A stretch of 64,000 bases of DNA, taken from the IMG/VR virus record IMGVR_UViG_3300045988_088152, positions 23,432-87,431 of that record. One strand, 5' to 3'. The stretch comes from a virus. Of this stretch, positions 1 to 10,113 are shown piece by piece. The notes under the pieces are model-generated. The model ran no database searches, was not told the DNA's origin, and worked only from the letters and a program-made list of their open reading frames with translations. The translations under genes were made by a program, and so were the position numbers. Each line of letters opens with the position of its first letter. Within the stretch, counting starts at the first letter, position 1.

Positions 1-3000
1 CCATGTATCCTGTTTGCTAACATCTGTTCCGAAATATTTTGAGGCGGCTTCATCACCATATGCCTCTCTATATTCCTTAATCATCTGTTGCTTAGTATCT
101 CTGAGCTGAGTCCAGTATGCTACCTCGGATTGGGACTGAGCGTTCTTTATCTTTTCGCCAAAGTCGGTATCAACACCATAATATTTTACATTTTCTTCAC
201 GAATTTGCTTTTTTAGTTCAGCTTTGCGTTCTGCTTTTTCATCAAGAGCAGCTTGCCTTGCGGCATATGCTTTTTGGATTTGGTTAAATGCCGCGCCCGG
301 AGACATCGCACTACCAAATAATTTAGAAAGCTCACTATCACTTAACGACTCAAAGACAGACCCACTAATTTCGTCTTTTAAAGCATCCATCAGATACTTC
401 CGCAACTCTGACGGATACCTTTTTATTTTTCCGCCGGTTACATCGCCATCGCCAAAATATTGACTAAAGAATGCAGAAGATTTATCGCCAAGACTACTTA
501 AAATATCCTGCATTTGGCGTTGTTCAACATCTCGATATGTTTCTTGGTAGTCTTTCTGTGCGCTAGATATAGCATCAGCATCTTGCATATATTGGAAACG
601 TCCTTCACTATATACTAGCATACGGCGTTGCTTAGCTTTTTCTATAGCCTCTAGCTTTTCTTCAAGAGCTATCTTATCCTCAAGTAGCTGATTCTGACGG
701 TCGTATTCATCTGCTACTTCTTGAGCTACTTTACCCTCAGCACTTGCATTACTAATTGCAGATTTGACTGCTGCATCATATTGATCGTTAATAGAATCAC
801 TCATTGCGTTTATCATATCGCGCGTGCGTTCTATTGAGCTAATAATACTGTTTGCATCACCACTTGCAAATGCTTGATTAAGAGAACCGCTAATCGACGC
901 TACCGTAGATGATACCTTGCTCTTGACAGTATCTAACATGCCACTAAGCATATCAGATAAATTGCCACAATTCTTTTCTACATAGTCCATTATTTCATCG
1001 ATGCTATATTTACCATCCGACAATAATGACATTAGTAGATTTTTTATAGTCTCGACGAAATTAGCAAATTCAGCCTCAGCTTGTTGATACTGTTCACTTG
1101 TTTCATCAAATCCTTGTTGTTTGAGCTGAGATAGATAATCCTGATAGGATTGATATATAGTGGCTACTTCTGATAGAGTTGACTCTAGGTCAGATTTGCT
1201 AATATCTGGATCAATTAGCTTAAGACGGGTTGATTCATCAGTTAGATATTCACGCAGTTCTTCAACGGTATTGATGGTTTTAGCTTTAACCTCTTCTTGG
1301 TCTTTTTTTGTTGAGGATGAGCCTCCGCCGCCACCTCCTCCACCTGATGGGACAAAAGAGGATATTTGTGCAAGTTGCTCTTGATATTTCTTTTGCTCTA
1401 TTTGATATTTCTCTTGACCTGCTTTATAAGCATAATCCTGTAACCATTTTTTATATGCAGCTGGGTCACTTGCTACGCTCTTTCTATACTTCTCTTGATA
1501 AGTACGTTGTAGGTTTTTAGATAACTCGGTATCACTAAGTCCAATTCCGACTCCAGCAGCAGACATCATACTTGATATTTGATCGGTCGTTATCAACGCT
1601 GCTTGACCAACCGCATATATCTGATCAATAAGGTTTTTGAAGTTTGTCTGAGACTGTGCTTGTTGCGTTTGAATAAACAATTGCGCCATGTTAGCCATAG
1701 AACCGTTGGTAGACAACGCATAACTAGCAGTGTTTGTAAGCTGTCCATTAGTGTCAAATAGTGATTTGACAAAATCCTCAGTTGCCCCGGATGCTCCTGC
1801 CGTTGCCGCCTTATAATTTGTAATTATCTCATTGTATTGGTCAAACTCCGATATTAATTCTTCTGTGGTTATACCAAGTTCTTGTACATCACTAGCTACT
1901 CCACTTAAATCAGTATTTTGTACTACACTATTAAGCGTTTCCCAATTAGTGATAAAATCAAGTTGCCACTGGTCAAGATTTTCACCATTATCTGCAAGAA
2001 TTTTTAGAGCATCGTAATAATCCTTTGTTGATGCAACAAGCTCACCTACTTGCTGAGTAGCAGAATCACTAGATGTGATAACATCTTGAGTATATTTTGA
2101 CCAATTAGCCAATGACTGTCCTTGAGATTTTGCCCAATCAATCGTCTTTTGCTTTTTTTCAGTGATTGTTACACCCAATTCATTAAGAGCATTTTGAGCA
2201 ATTTCAGCAGCCTCGCTCCAATTTCCAAAAGAGGATGCCTCTAAATATGCCTCATATGTTGTAGAATCTACATACTCATGTAGAGCTTCAAACGCTGCAT
2301 TGGTTGCATCTTCAACAGACTCAAATGTTCCCCTCAACGCATTTGCTTGTTCATCTGTTATAGTTAGAGTTTGTTGCCAAGTTGTAAGTGTTTTGTTACC
2401 AAATTCATCTGTGCTTAATCCACTTACGGTTGCGCCAGTTACTTGCTTACCACCAGTTGTAACTTTACGAGCCGCCTCAACTGTATCTGTCTGACGTAAT
2501 TCAATCAGCTTTTCATAAGCTTCAATCTGCTTTTCTAACTGCTCACGTTCTGCTTGTAATTCTGCTTCGTTACCATCATATGGTATATTATTAAGCTCAT
2601 CTAGCTTTTTCTTAATTTCTTCATACCCTGTCTTGGTATTTTCTAGCTCTTGGTTAGCATCGTCCATAGAAGCAACAAGATTTTCAAACTTATTGTTTTC
2701 TACGGCTTGATTTACAGCTTTAATAACTTCAACTAAAGCCGTAATAGCTGCAACTGTGCCACCAACTATTAGAGCAATTTTGCCACTAGCAAGCATACCA
2801 AGAAATGAGTCGCCACCAACGCCTAGATTTTTAAGCTGCAACCCAACCTCAGCAATTTTACCAACCGTCTGTCCAACTATGCCAACTAGACCAGTAACAC
2901 CAGTGCTTAATACACCAATTCTAGTAATAGCCGCACCAACATCATTGTTGGCAAAATTGAGCATAGCTGTACCGGCATTGATAAAGCCACTAACTAGGTC

Positions 3001-3741
3001 TTTAGATAATACGCGATTTGCAAAATCTTCAAATTCTGCTTTAAGAGCCTGTTGCTTTGCTTCTAGGCTCTCCATATATTTACTGTTTTCTTGTGCCGCA
3101 GAACCAACCGACTCTAAGGCTGTTTTAGTTGCGTCAGCCGCATGATCAAAGTTCTGCATCACACTGGCAAGGACTTTATATTGATTCTGCCCCGCGATAG
3201 TATCACCAAGAGCCGTTCTTTGTGCATCTGTCATAGAATCCCATTTGGGCTTCAATTCAGATAACACATCAAATGTACTCTTTAAGCTACCATCTACATT
3301 TTCTACTGTAATACCATATTCTGCAAGAGCATCTTTATTCTTTACAATACGAGCTGCAATCGTCGATAAACCTCTGGCAACCTGACTACTGCGCCCTTGC
3401 ATGATTTCTGTACCGCTAGTTACGAGACCTATGACTTGTTCAAATGAATTACCATAAGTAGCCATACCGCTAGCAGCAATTTCCATTGCTTGTGATAGGT
3501 CATTAGTACCCACACTGAAATTGTTTGCTACTTCGTTGTATGCATCAATAACATGAGTGGCAAAACTAGCGTCCTCACCAAATGCACGAATCTGTGAAAC
3601 AATAGAGGCGGCTGCATCTTCTGCTGAAACAGCCGTATCAGCTACGTTCTGATAAGAAGCAGCAACTTTTGCAAGCATAGCGGCATCTGAATCATTAAAT
3701 CCACTTTTTCGGAACATAGATGCTGCCGATACCATCTCTGA
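1..3741 (-). CDS. tail tape measure protein, main body (proposed 3' exon); partial, runs off left edge
   Basis: My own minus-strand translation is open from 3741 to position 1. It is absent from the ORF track because it has no stop in the window. It reads SEMVSAASMFRKSGFNDSDAAMLAKVAASYQNVAD...GTEIMQGRSSQVARGLSTIAARI, which resembles the TP901-type tape-measure core. A hydrophobic Gly-rich segment, long Q/E/K-rich stretches and a Gly8 run (1321-1344) follow. The + strand ORFs at 224-3145 are antisense shadows. Confidence 0.85.
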
Positions 3742-3761
3742 CGGTTATAAATTATCTAATA

Positions 3762-3965
3762 TTACAATTTCCCCCAACGCCAATCATCGTCTAATCCCCA
3801 TTCATTGATTCGCCGCTCTTCCTCTTTGGTACGGCTATCAATATGATAAGACGATTGATTATTTTGTTGATTATCATGCTTTCCAAATAAACCAACTATT
3901 ACACAGTATAATGTCCAGATACCAATAGCTGGAAAAATCAACATAATAAGCATTAAAGCAAACAT
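3762..3965 (-). CDS. 67-aa single-pass membrane protein carried inside the intron-like element
   Basis: GGAGG lies 8 nt upstream of the ATG at 3965. The product is MFALMLIMLIFPAIGIWTLYCVIVGLFG followed by a polar tail. It has its own promoter at 3992-4020. Confidence 0.5.
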   Translation of the reverse strand: MFALMLIMLIFPAIGIWTLYCVIVGLFGKHDNQQNNQSSYHIDSRTKEEERRINEWGLDDDWRWGKL

Positions 3966-3991
3966 GATAGATACCTCCTTTAAGTATCTAT

Positions 3992-4020
3992 AACATAGCA
4001 CATATTAGATAATTTGTCAA
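3992..4020 (-). promoter_or_regulatory. sigma-A type promoter (TTGACA-N17-TGcTATGTT) inside the intron-like element
   Basis: It shares the TTGACAAAT core with the early promoters. It is the only such motif inside the 20 kb late module apart from a weak one at about 20415. Confidence 0.5.
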
Positions 4021-4359
4021 GGGGTTTTCAATCCCTTCCTGAATATTTCTTCACCCTATATGTTTGGAAGGTCGCCCTGTATATTCGATTGACACACCGC
4101 TCATCACGGCTTCGCGCCCAATCTGCCCTTTTATGATACATTATTTATCATTGATTCTTTAGGTTTTTCAACCATTGAATCATCCTTATCGTCTTTCTGC
4201 TTTCGCACTAATTCATTGTTAATAATGAATGATTTTCACACTCAGGCATATCTCATCCTCATGTTGTAGTGATAAGGCTCTTGAGGCTTTCAAGGGTTTA
4301 GGGGCTGTTCTCTATGCTGCTTTACCATCGCAACATACCGGCTCAGACCGATTTGGTTT

Positions 4360-4758
4360 ACCGGTTCTTGCTACTTCTCTACCAGATTGACTTAGCTTTG
4401 CAACGTATTTATCAAGTGCTGTACCCTGTAAATCACTGACCTTCTTGAAGTCGGTCATAGCATCATCAAGATTCTTGACTTGTTCATACATACTGCTCAA
4501 AGCACCCGTTGCTAAATCAAGAACTTGTCTAAATTGCTGATAGGTAACAGCAATATTTTCTGTTTCTGTATTAAGATTCTCAGTAGATTGAGTTACACCA
4601 TCTAGCTCTTTTTTGGTTCTCTCTGCACCATCTGCTGTAACGCTAATCTTTAACTTAGTATCCTTATTATTTTGTATTTCTTTGAGTTGTTTCTTTATAC
4701 TCTCTTCCTGTAGTTGAACATCAACCAGAATCGAGTAGTTAGAGTTACTTCCAGCCAT
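4360..4758 (-). CDS. tail tape measure protein, N-terminal part (proposed 5' exon; unspliced ORF runs to TAG at 4312)
   Basis: ORF track 4312..4758. The sequence ...DAMTDFKKVSDLQGTALDKYVAKLSQSGREVARTG is a typical tape-measure N-terminus and leads directly into the SEMVSAAS core found at 3741. Confidence 0.8.
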
Positions 4759-4761
4759 TCA

Positions 4762-5262
4762 TCACACTCCCTTTTTTATTTGTGAGTAGGCTATGAGGAT
4801 TCCTTCTGCGCAATCATCCTCATTCTTTTTGCTACTTGGGGCAACCCATGCCAAATCGAGGCTAAATTCTTCATTCGCCATCTCTATGGCTTTTTTCTTC
4901 AGAACATCTCTTTGCAATCCAGCTCTAGTGCCGTCAAAGAGATTAAGGTCGCCACGCCATTTACTTGGCATCAAGAAGCATGGCTTTATCTTGAAGCCAG
5001 CACATAATGCTAATATCACGCCTTGTACTGCACCTAATTTCTCTATAGTAGACGCACCTTTTTTTAATGGCACTTCCTCTGCATAGAGAATTGTCGGCTT
5101 ATACTGTCTAAATATGCTCGATAATTCCATAGTAAGCCCCATTACTCTATCATGCCAATCATCGCCCTTTGGTTTAATTGTGCCATATGCAATAAGTCGC
5201 CCATTATCAAATATAGACCATCCAGTAGATGACGTACTAGCATCTAATCCTGCTATAATCAT
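4762..5262 (-). CDS. ruvC: RuvC-like Holliday junction resolvase
   Basis: MIIAGLDASTSSTGWSIF...LYAEEVP...GAVQGVILA...DDCAEGILIAYS follows the RuvC-fold acidic motif pattern. Confidence 0.75.
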   Translation of the reverse strand: MIIAGLDASTSSTGWSIFDNGRLIAYGTIKPKGDDWHDRVMGLTMELSSIFRQYKPTILYAEEVPLKKGASTIEKLGAVQGVILALCAGFKIKPCFLMPSKWRGDLNLFDGTRAGLQRDVLKKKAIEMANEEFSLDLAWVAPSSKKNEDDCAEGILIAYSQIKKGV

Positions 5263-5264
5263 AT

Positions 5265-5819
5265 CTAGTCCACCTTAGTGGTTGTGACCTCTATGGCTTT
5301 ATTGTGCATCTGCACCTTAAGCCCAGCTGCCTCCAACCCCTCTTTCATCCATTGTTTCATCTTGCGTCTACCTATACGCTTATTCAATTCAGTCCATGCG
5401 TCACGTTGATTCCTAAATGCGCCATCGCCGAATAATGAGCCGGTTGCGCCATTATATATCAATTCAGCTAAGTACGGTCTAGCATCTTGTCCGTAAAAAT
5501 CACCAGCTAGACCAATATGTTGTCCATAACTAGAGCTATTTGGGTCTGTATTACCAATGCTCATTTTATCGGGTTTATATTTGAACTCGCCCTCAACTGT
5601 TCTTTTATTTACTACTTTTGTAGTGCCAGCTCCCCATGCTCTATAGAAATCACCAGTCCGCTCATATTCCTCTGGATTATATGCCATATACACTATATCA
5701 TGTATCGTACCGATATTTTCATCATATATCTTGTCTATGACATAGTTTATAGCTTTAGCTATAGGACTATGTAACATAACTAAGACTTCTTTATCATTTC
5801 TTGCTTGGGATAGAGGCAT
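5265..5819 (-). CDS. hypothetical protein (tail module)
   Basis: ORF track. It is packed within the operon. Its stop is TAG, followed in frame by the ATG of the RuvC-like gene. Confidence 0.55.
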   Translation of the reverse strand: MPLSQARNDKEVLVMLHSPIAKAINYVIDKIYDENIGTIHDIVYMAYNPEEYERTGDFYRAWGAGTTKVVNKRTVEGEFKYKPDKMSIGNTDPNSSSYGQHIGLAGDFYGQDARPYLAELIYNGATGSLFGDGAFRNQRDAWTELNKRIGRRKMKQWMKEGLEAAGLKVQMHNKAIEVTTTKVD

Positions 5820-6195
5820 TCTTCATCACCTCATCTACCTTATTACTAAATCTTGGTAATTCTCTTGCAATCTGCGTAATAGACTTCTGTAGAGATTCCT
5901 CATACTTGATAGCATCATAGAGTTGGAAAATATTCTCAATTCTATCATGTACTTCTTCAATAACACCCGTCTTGAGCCAATAATCATGGTCATGCGCCTC
6001 AATCTCTTCTTTTTTAAGGTCAGTTGCAAAATAGAGGATACACATATCAATGCTCTGTTGCCGCTCTGCCCATGAATTTAGCTTCTTTAGTCCATCAACA
6101 ATAGACTGAATCTGGCTATATGTTAGATACTGATTGACCTTAATACCATATTCTTTAATCTCTACTGGCTCTTTGCTCATAATATTTTCCTTCAT
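5794..6195 (-). CDS. hypothetical protein (tail assembly chaperone position)
   Basis: ORF track. It lies between the major tail protein and the tape measure. The call rests on position only. Confidence 0.5.
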   Translation of the reverse strand: MKENIMSKEPVEIKEYGIKVNQYLTYSQIQSIVDGLKKLNSWAERQQSIDMCILYFATDLKKEEIEAHDHDYWLKTGVIEEVHDRIENIFQLYDAIKYEESLQKSITQIARELPRFSNKVDEVMKNASIPSKK

Positions 6196-6509
6196 TATTC
6201 CTTATTCTCCTTTACTACCTTATATTTTCCTTTATATTTCCTTAATTCTACATTGTCTGGGATATAGTTATATGGGTTTTCTACCTTGATGACCTCATCG
6301 CCTACTTGTACATATAGATAGCCATGTCGCTCAAACTGCACATTACCAGTTGGCGCAGATTTGATTGGGCAATTAGCCATATATGCTAGCGGCTTCCAGA
6401 TGTGATGCTCAATACACCGCCGCACATAAGGACAGATAGGATGTTCCTCTTGCTTGTTGCAAGTTGGGATTTCATCATAATTTACTACATTACAATATGG
6501 ACAATCCAT
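6195..6509 (-). CDS. hypothetical Cys/His-rich protein
   Basis: ORF track. It contains a CPYC...C...CPYVRRCIEHH pattern and overlaps the next gene by a start/stop overlap. Confidence 0.5.
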   Translation of the reverse strand: MDCPYCNVVNYDEIPTCNKQEEHPICPYVRRCIEHHIWKPLAYMANCPIKSAPTGNVQFERHGYLYVQVGDEVIKVENPYNYIPDNVELRKYKGKYKVVKENKE

Positions 6510-6529
6510 TATTTTTCACCTACTTTATT

Positions 6530-6573
6530 TGAATGTAATAAAATGGGGAAAGATACGAATATCTCTCCCCATT
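6530..6573 (-). terminator. intrinsic terminator after the major tail gene
   Basis: On the minus strand, AATGGGGAGAGATATTCGTATCTTTCCCCATT forms a hairpin followed by TTTATTA. Confidence 0.6.
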
Positions 6574-6586
6574 AAAATTAAACGAA

Positions 6587-7657
6587 TTAGCCGGTTACAG
6601 TAACCTCAAAATAACCAACAACAGATGGACCATTACCGGGGTCTGCACCCTTTAGAGTTGCGGAAATATGAGCCTTACCAGCCGCCTTAGCGGTGACAAC
6701 ACCCTTAGCATCAACAGATGCAAACGTATCACCATCTTCAACAGCAAACGTAAAGTTGGCATTGTCAACCATCTTAGGTGCTTTATTGCCGTTAAACAGA
6801 ACATAACAAACAGCAGTCTGAGTCCCCTGAGCAGCTAGAGACATGTCAGCATCCTCAAATGCAATAGCTCTGACTTCGTTCTGCCACTTTGCACCAAAGA
6901 TTTCTTCAGTCATAGTGCCATAATAAGATTCGCCTTCGCAAGAATCAGTGTTATCAACTGCTAGAGCAGAGCCAGACAGAGAAACAGTAGCCGCAGAAGT
7001 TGCAGTAAGGTTAAGGTCTTGTGCGCCATCAAGCTGTAGTCTAGGAATATCAGTAATTAGACGACCAACCTTAGTTGCATTGTTCGTAGTAGAAATATCC
7101 GCATTGAACAGGTCGTTAAGAATGATGACATGAAGCTCATCTGGCACATAGTCAACTGGGATAATGATGCTATCAGCATTGGCATTCTGATAGAAATACG
7201 TCACACAATACTTCTCACCAACCGCAGCGTTAGGAATAGCCATTGTATATGCGCCAGCCGCCTCAGTAATTGTGCCAACAGTATAATCTTTCTCACTAGG
7301 AGTACGATACCAACCAATCATAGAGCCAGCAACAGCGGTTGGAGCCTGTGGTAGAGTGACCTTACCAGCAGTCTGAACAGTGAGTTCATTCTGATAAACA
7401 CCAAGACCGCCCTTCTGTAGATCGACACCAAGGTTGGCAGCAATATACTCTAGCTTAAAGCAAGAGTCAGTAATCTGAACAGTTAGACCAGAGTCATGGT
7501 AATACTTACCAATTAGTGCATTGCCCTTGCCCCCACGAATTTCTTCTGAAGAAATAGTAAAGCCAAAGGTTGACTCGGTTAGAGTCTTAGCGAAGCCGAT
7601 GATAGTCTGCCCCTTGAGTAGAATAGCATCACCAACGCCAGCTAGGAATTTTCTCAT
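6587..7657 (-). CDS. major tail protein with C-terminal Ig-like (Big_2-type) domain
   Basis: It lies upstream of the chaperone-position ORFs and tape measure and has its own terminator. The C-terminus ASVDAKGVVTAKAAGKAHISATL...FEVTVTG matches the Big_2 pattern. Confidence 0.65.
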   Translation of the reverse strand: MRKFLAGVGDAILLKGQTIIGFAKTLTESTFGFTISSEEIRGGKGNALIGKYYHDSGLTVQITDSCFKLEYIAANLGVDLQKGGLGVYQNELTVQTAGKVTLPQAPTAVAGSMIGWYRTPSEKDYTVGTITEAAGAYTMAIPNAAVGEKYCVTYFYQNANADSIIIPVDYVPDELHVIILNDLFNADISTTNNATKVGRLITDIPRLQLDGAQDLNLTATSAATVSLSGSALAVDNTDSCEGESYYGTMTEEIFGAKWQNEVRAIAFEDADMSLAAQGTQTAVCYVLFNGNKAPKMVDNANFTFAVEDGDTFASVDAKGVVTAKAAGKAHISATLKGADPGNGPSVVGYFEVTVTG

Positions 7658-7671
7658 ATAAGATTTCCTCC

Positions 7672-8496
7672 TTATTGATTTACAATATTATTTATTTGTT
7701 TTATCATATCGGAGTTGGCTTGTTTAACTATGCCATCTCCACCCATAGATTTATTGTAAGACTCAACAGATGTAACATACCCATCGAACCTGTCTTTCTT
7801 TTTCTTGTATATCCAATGCTCAAGCTCTTTAGCCTTTCCAGCATATAGCATAATAGGACGCAAGGTTGTAAATTCAACCTCTCCTGCGCATTCTTCAAAT
7901 AGTAACTGTAACGACCGCATTGTATAATGCATCAATGTTTGTTTATCAATGCCGCAGTGAGCCGTAATGATAGCCATGCGCCGCTCTAGGTTCGGCACAT
8001 TGATACCCTGACTTTTAAGCCTATCCACTTCACCCATCATCTTTTTTAAATCTGGGTCAATGTATGTGTCGTCATAATGCAGCACATTCTGATACAGTAT
8101 GATACGCTTAATATCATCAAATTGCTTGCCTGTGATTTCAAATGAATCATCAGGCGCAAGTATGCTGATTTTTTCCTTTTCATTCAGCTTGATTTTCCAA
8201 TCTGGCATACCAAGACACAATTTCAGAATATTACAGAATTTATCTAGCATCAATCCTGATTGGTCTGTAGGTAACATGACTTTAAGCAAAAAATCAAGAT
8301 AGCTCATCTGTATTATCTCAACAGAATTGAGCGCATTTTTATCTATTTGAAGAATATCACAGCTTGACAAAAAGACCTCGCTGTCATATACTGATATAGG
8401 CGTTATATCAATATGGGTCGTGTCTGATAATTTGTATGGTACTGGCTTATCGAAATAAAAATATCCCTTTTCAAGGACAGCAATGTCAATCGACAC
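7672..8496 (-). CDS. hypothetical structural-module protein
   Basis: ORF track; packed in the operon. Confidence 0.55.
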   Translation of the reverse strand: MSIDIAVLEKGYFYFDKPVPYKLSDTTHIDITPISVYDSEVFLSSCDILQIDKNALNSVEIIQMSYLDFLLKVMLPTDQSGLMLDKFCNILKLCLGMPDWKIKLNEKEKISILAPDDSFEITGKQFDDIKRIILYQNVLHYDDTYIDPDLKKMMGEVDRLKSQGINVPNLERRMAIITAHCGIDKQTLMHYTMRSLQLLFEECAGEVEFTTLRPIMLYAGKAKELEHWIYKKKKDRFDGYVTSVESYNKSMGGDGIVKQANSDMIKQINNIVNQ

Positions 8497-9064
8497 AATC
8501 TACCACCTTGCCAGAATCTCCAACATTGACCGCCATATATAGCTGAACACCTGTAAATGTCTTATTGTTACCAATAGCTGACTTAGCAGCACTATATCGG
8601 CTCATATCATCTAAAAACATGAGCTTGCCTACGCCGCCTACTTCTGCGCCATTAAGCAAATATAGCATACAGTGAATGAACAAATCGCCGCGATTGACAG
8701 GAATACCGTTATATTCAACTAGACTCATCTGACCACCATATAGACAATCAAACGCATAGACTACTGTGCTAGTATATAGCTCAGAAGCATGGATATAATA
8801 TTGATATATCTTAACAATCTGCTTAGATTCAGCCATAGCATCCTCAATTAGATTAGTTAAAAATACACTATATGTATCCTGTTTTCCTTGTGCCCATACT
8901 AACTTCATCTTCTGTTGAAATGTAAGCGGTTCGTGACTCAATGCCTTATAGTCCTTATATGCCAGCATCTTCCAAAATATCTCAGCAATAGGGTCGGTCG
9001 ATTTTGCTAGGTATACCATAATATTATATGGTATTGTCGGTAAACGACTTAATGAGTTATACAT
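8486..9064 (-). CDS. hypothetical structural-module protein
   Basis: ORF track; overlaps its neighbours. Confidence 0.55.
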   Translation of the reverse strand: MYNSLSRLPTIPYNIMVYLAKSTDPIAEIFWKMLAYKDYKALSHEPLTFQQKMKLVWAQGKQDTYSVFLTNLIEDAMAESKQIVKIYQYYIHASELYTSTVVYAFDCLYGGQMSLVEYNGIPVNRGDLFIHCMLYLLNGAEVGGVGKLMFLDDMSRYSAAKSAIGNNKTFTGVQLYMAVNVGDSGKVVDCVD

Positions 9065-9078
9065 CTAACCGCCCTCCT

Positions 9079-9852
9079 TTAACCCATTGGAAATGGCGCG
9101 TTTTCGTCCATTGGATAATCAATAGAGCTATTATCCGCAAGCTGATTCGCAATATCATCACCGGCATGAGCCTCATCAAGATATAGCTCAAGAGTGAGCA
9201 ATGTCGGCTTATCAATACCATATGCATTGATTGCATTCTGATAAGATAACAGCTTGAATGGTCTGCCACCTAGAATGTATCTGGTATTCAACTTGAATAG
9301 TCTATATACATCCTCATTACCCTGAACCATAACAACAGCATGGTTGTTTGGCGTAATGACGGGCGTACTTACCTGTGCTGACGGTGATTGCATATCATAA
9401 TCAACAACGCATGGTGCGCTAAAGATTACGGCATTGACCTCATCTTTAATCCGCATGACATTGTTGCAACGACGCACACCAACAGCACGAGGTAAACCAT
9501 CAAATTTGCCAGAATCATGGACAATCCACACATTGCTATCAAACTTGTAATACAGTCCACGCACAACAAAATGGTCAATATCTCTAAATATTAGCTGTAA
9601 AAAATCAATAGTATCCTTTTGTCCGGTCGATGTAGTTGCAACAGTAGGTGCAACCCATGCTTGAACACAACTATATTCATTAGACCCTATTTTATTTTGT
9701 TCTAGCAATTCGCCGCCATTCTCAGGTGTTTTAGCAGATGTGTTGTCCCATTGTGCACAAATGTATTCTTGCGTCAAATCGCGGTAATAATCATTGGGGC
9801 TTGGTTGATATTGAAACATCTCATATGCCATATCAATCACCCATCCTTTCAA
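9079..9852 (-). CDS. hypothetical structural-module protein
   Basis: ORF track. The true start is possibly the internal MAYEMF at about 9831. Confidence 0.55.
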   Translation of the reverse strand: MKGWVIDMAYEMFQYQPSPNDYYRDLTQEYICAQWDNTSAKTPENGGELLEQNKIGSNEYSCVQAWVAPTVATTSTGQKDTIDFLQLIFRDIDHFVVRGLYYKFDSNVWIVHDSGKFDGLPRAVGVRRCNNVMRIKDEVNAVIFSAPCVVDYDMQSPSAQVSTPVITPNNHAVVMVQGNEDVYRLFKLNTRYILGGRPFKLLSYQNAINAYGIDKPTLLTLELYLDEAHAGDDIANQLADNSSIDYPMDENAPFPMG

Positions 9853-10099
9853 TCCTGTTCGTCATCCGCAATACACATGAACGAATAATAGGATGAGTAA
9901 GCTCAAGCCCCATTTTGCTTAATCCTGCTAGTGTATCGGCAATCTCGCCATCAACCGCCCTAAATCGCACAGATAGCCGCTCACAATATGTTGTATAGTC
10001 GGCTTCTTCGATTGTCGGCTCAAGACTGGTTAAATCTTCAAACAGCAACAGGACTTTATATAAAGCATGAATTTTATCTTGCTTATCTGTTCTACTCAT
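9833..10099 (-). CDS. hypothetical structural-module protein
   Basis: ORF track. Confidence 0.5.
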   Translation of the reverse strand: MSRTDKQDKIHALYKVLLLFEDLTSLEPTIEEADYTTYCERLSVRFRAVDGEIADTLAGLSKMGLELTHPIIRSCVLRMTNRIERMGD

Positions 10100-10113
10100 A
10101 TATCCACCCCTCT

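Larger units (their letters stand above)
3742..4359 (-). other. candidate group I intron interrupting the tape measure gene
   Basis: Exon end ACCGGU (4365-4360) pairs with internal GCCGGU (4342-4337), placing a U-G wobble at the splice site (P1). The adjacent UCUGA (4347-4343) pairs with the first 5 nt of the downstream exon, UCAGA (3741-3737) (P10). The element ends in G (3742). Joining the exons is in frame. The interior at 4021-4335 is GC-enriched with many hairpins, including GAAA tetraloops. Confidence 0.65.

Noticed and set aside
1321-1344. Run of eight glycine codons (GGTGGAGGAGGTGGCGGCGGAGGC on the minus strand).
   Set aside because: It lies in frame inside the tape measure protein. 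Gly-rich linkers are common there. It is not a separate element.
224-3145. Seven + strand ORFs (60-129 aa) in the ORF track across the left 3 kb.
   Set aside because: They lie antisense to a continuous minus-strand tape measure frame, have low-complexity S/L/P/C-rich products and lack an RBS. They are shadow ORFs. The same applies to most short antisense ORFs listed inside other long genes.
5794-5819. Canonical gpG/gpGT -1 programmed frameshift between 5794..6195 and 5265..5819.
   Set aside because: The downstream ORF is in the +1 frame, not the -1 frame, relative to the upstream one. It has its own ATG, and I see no X XXY YYZ heptamer in the 26-nt overlap.
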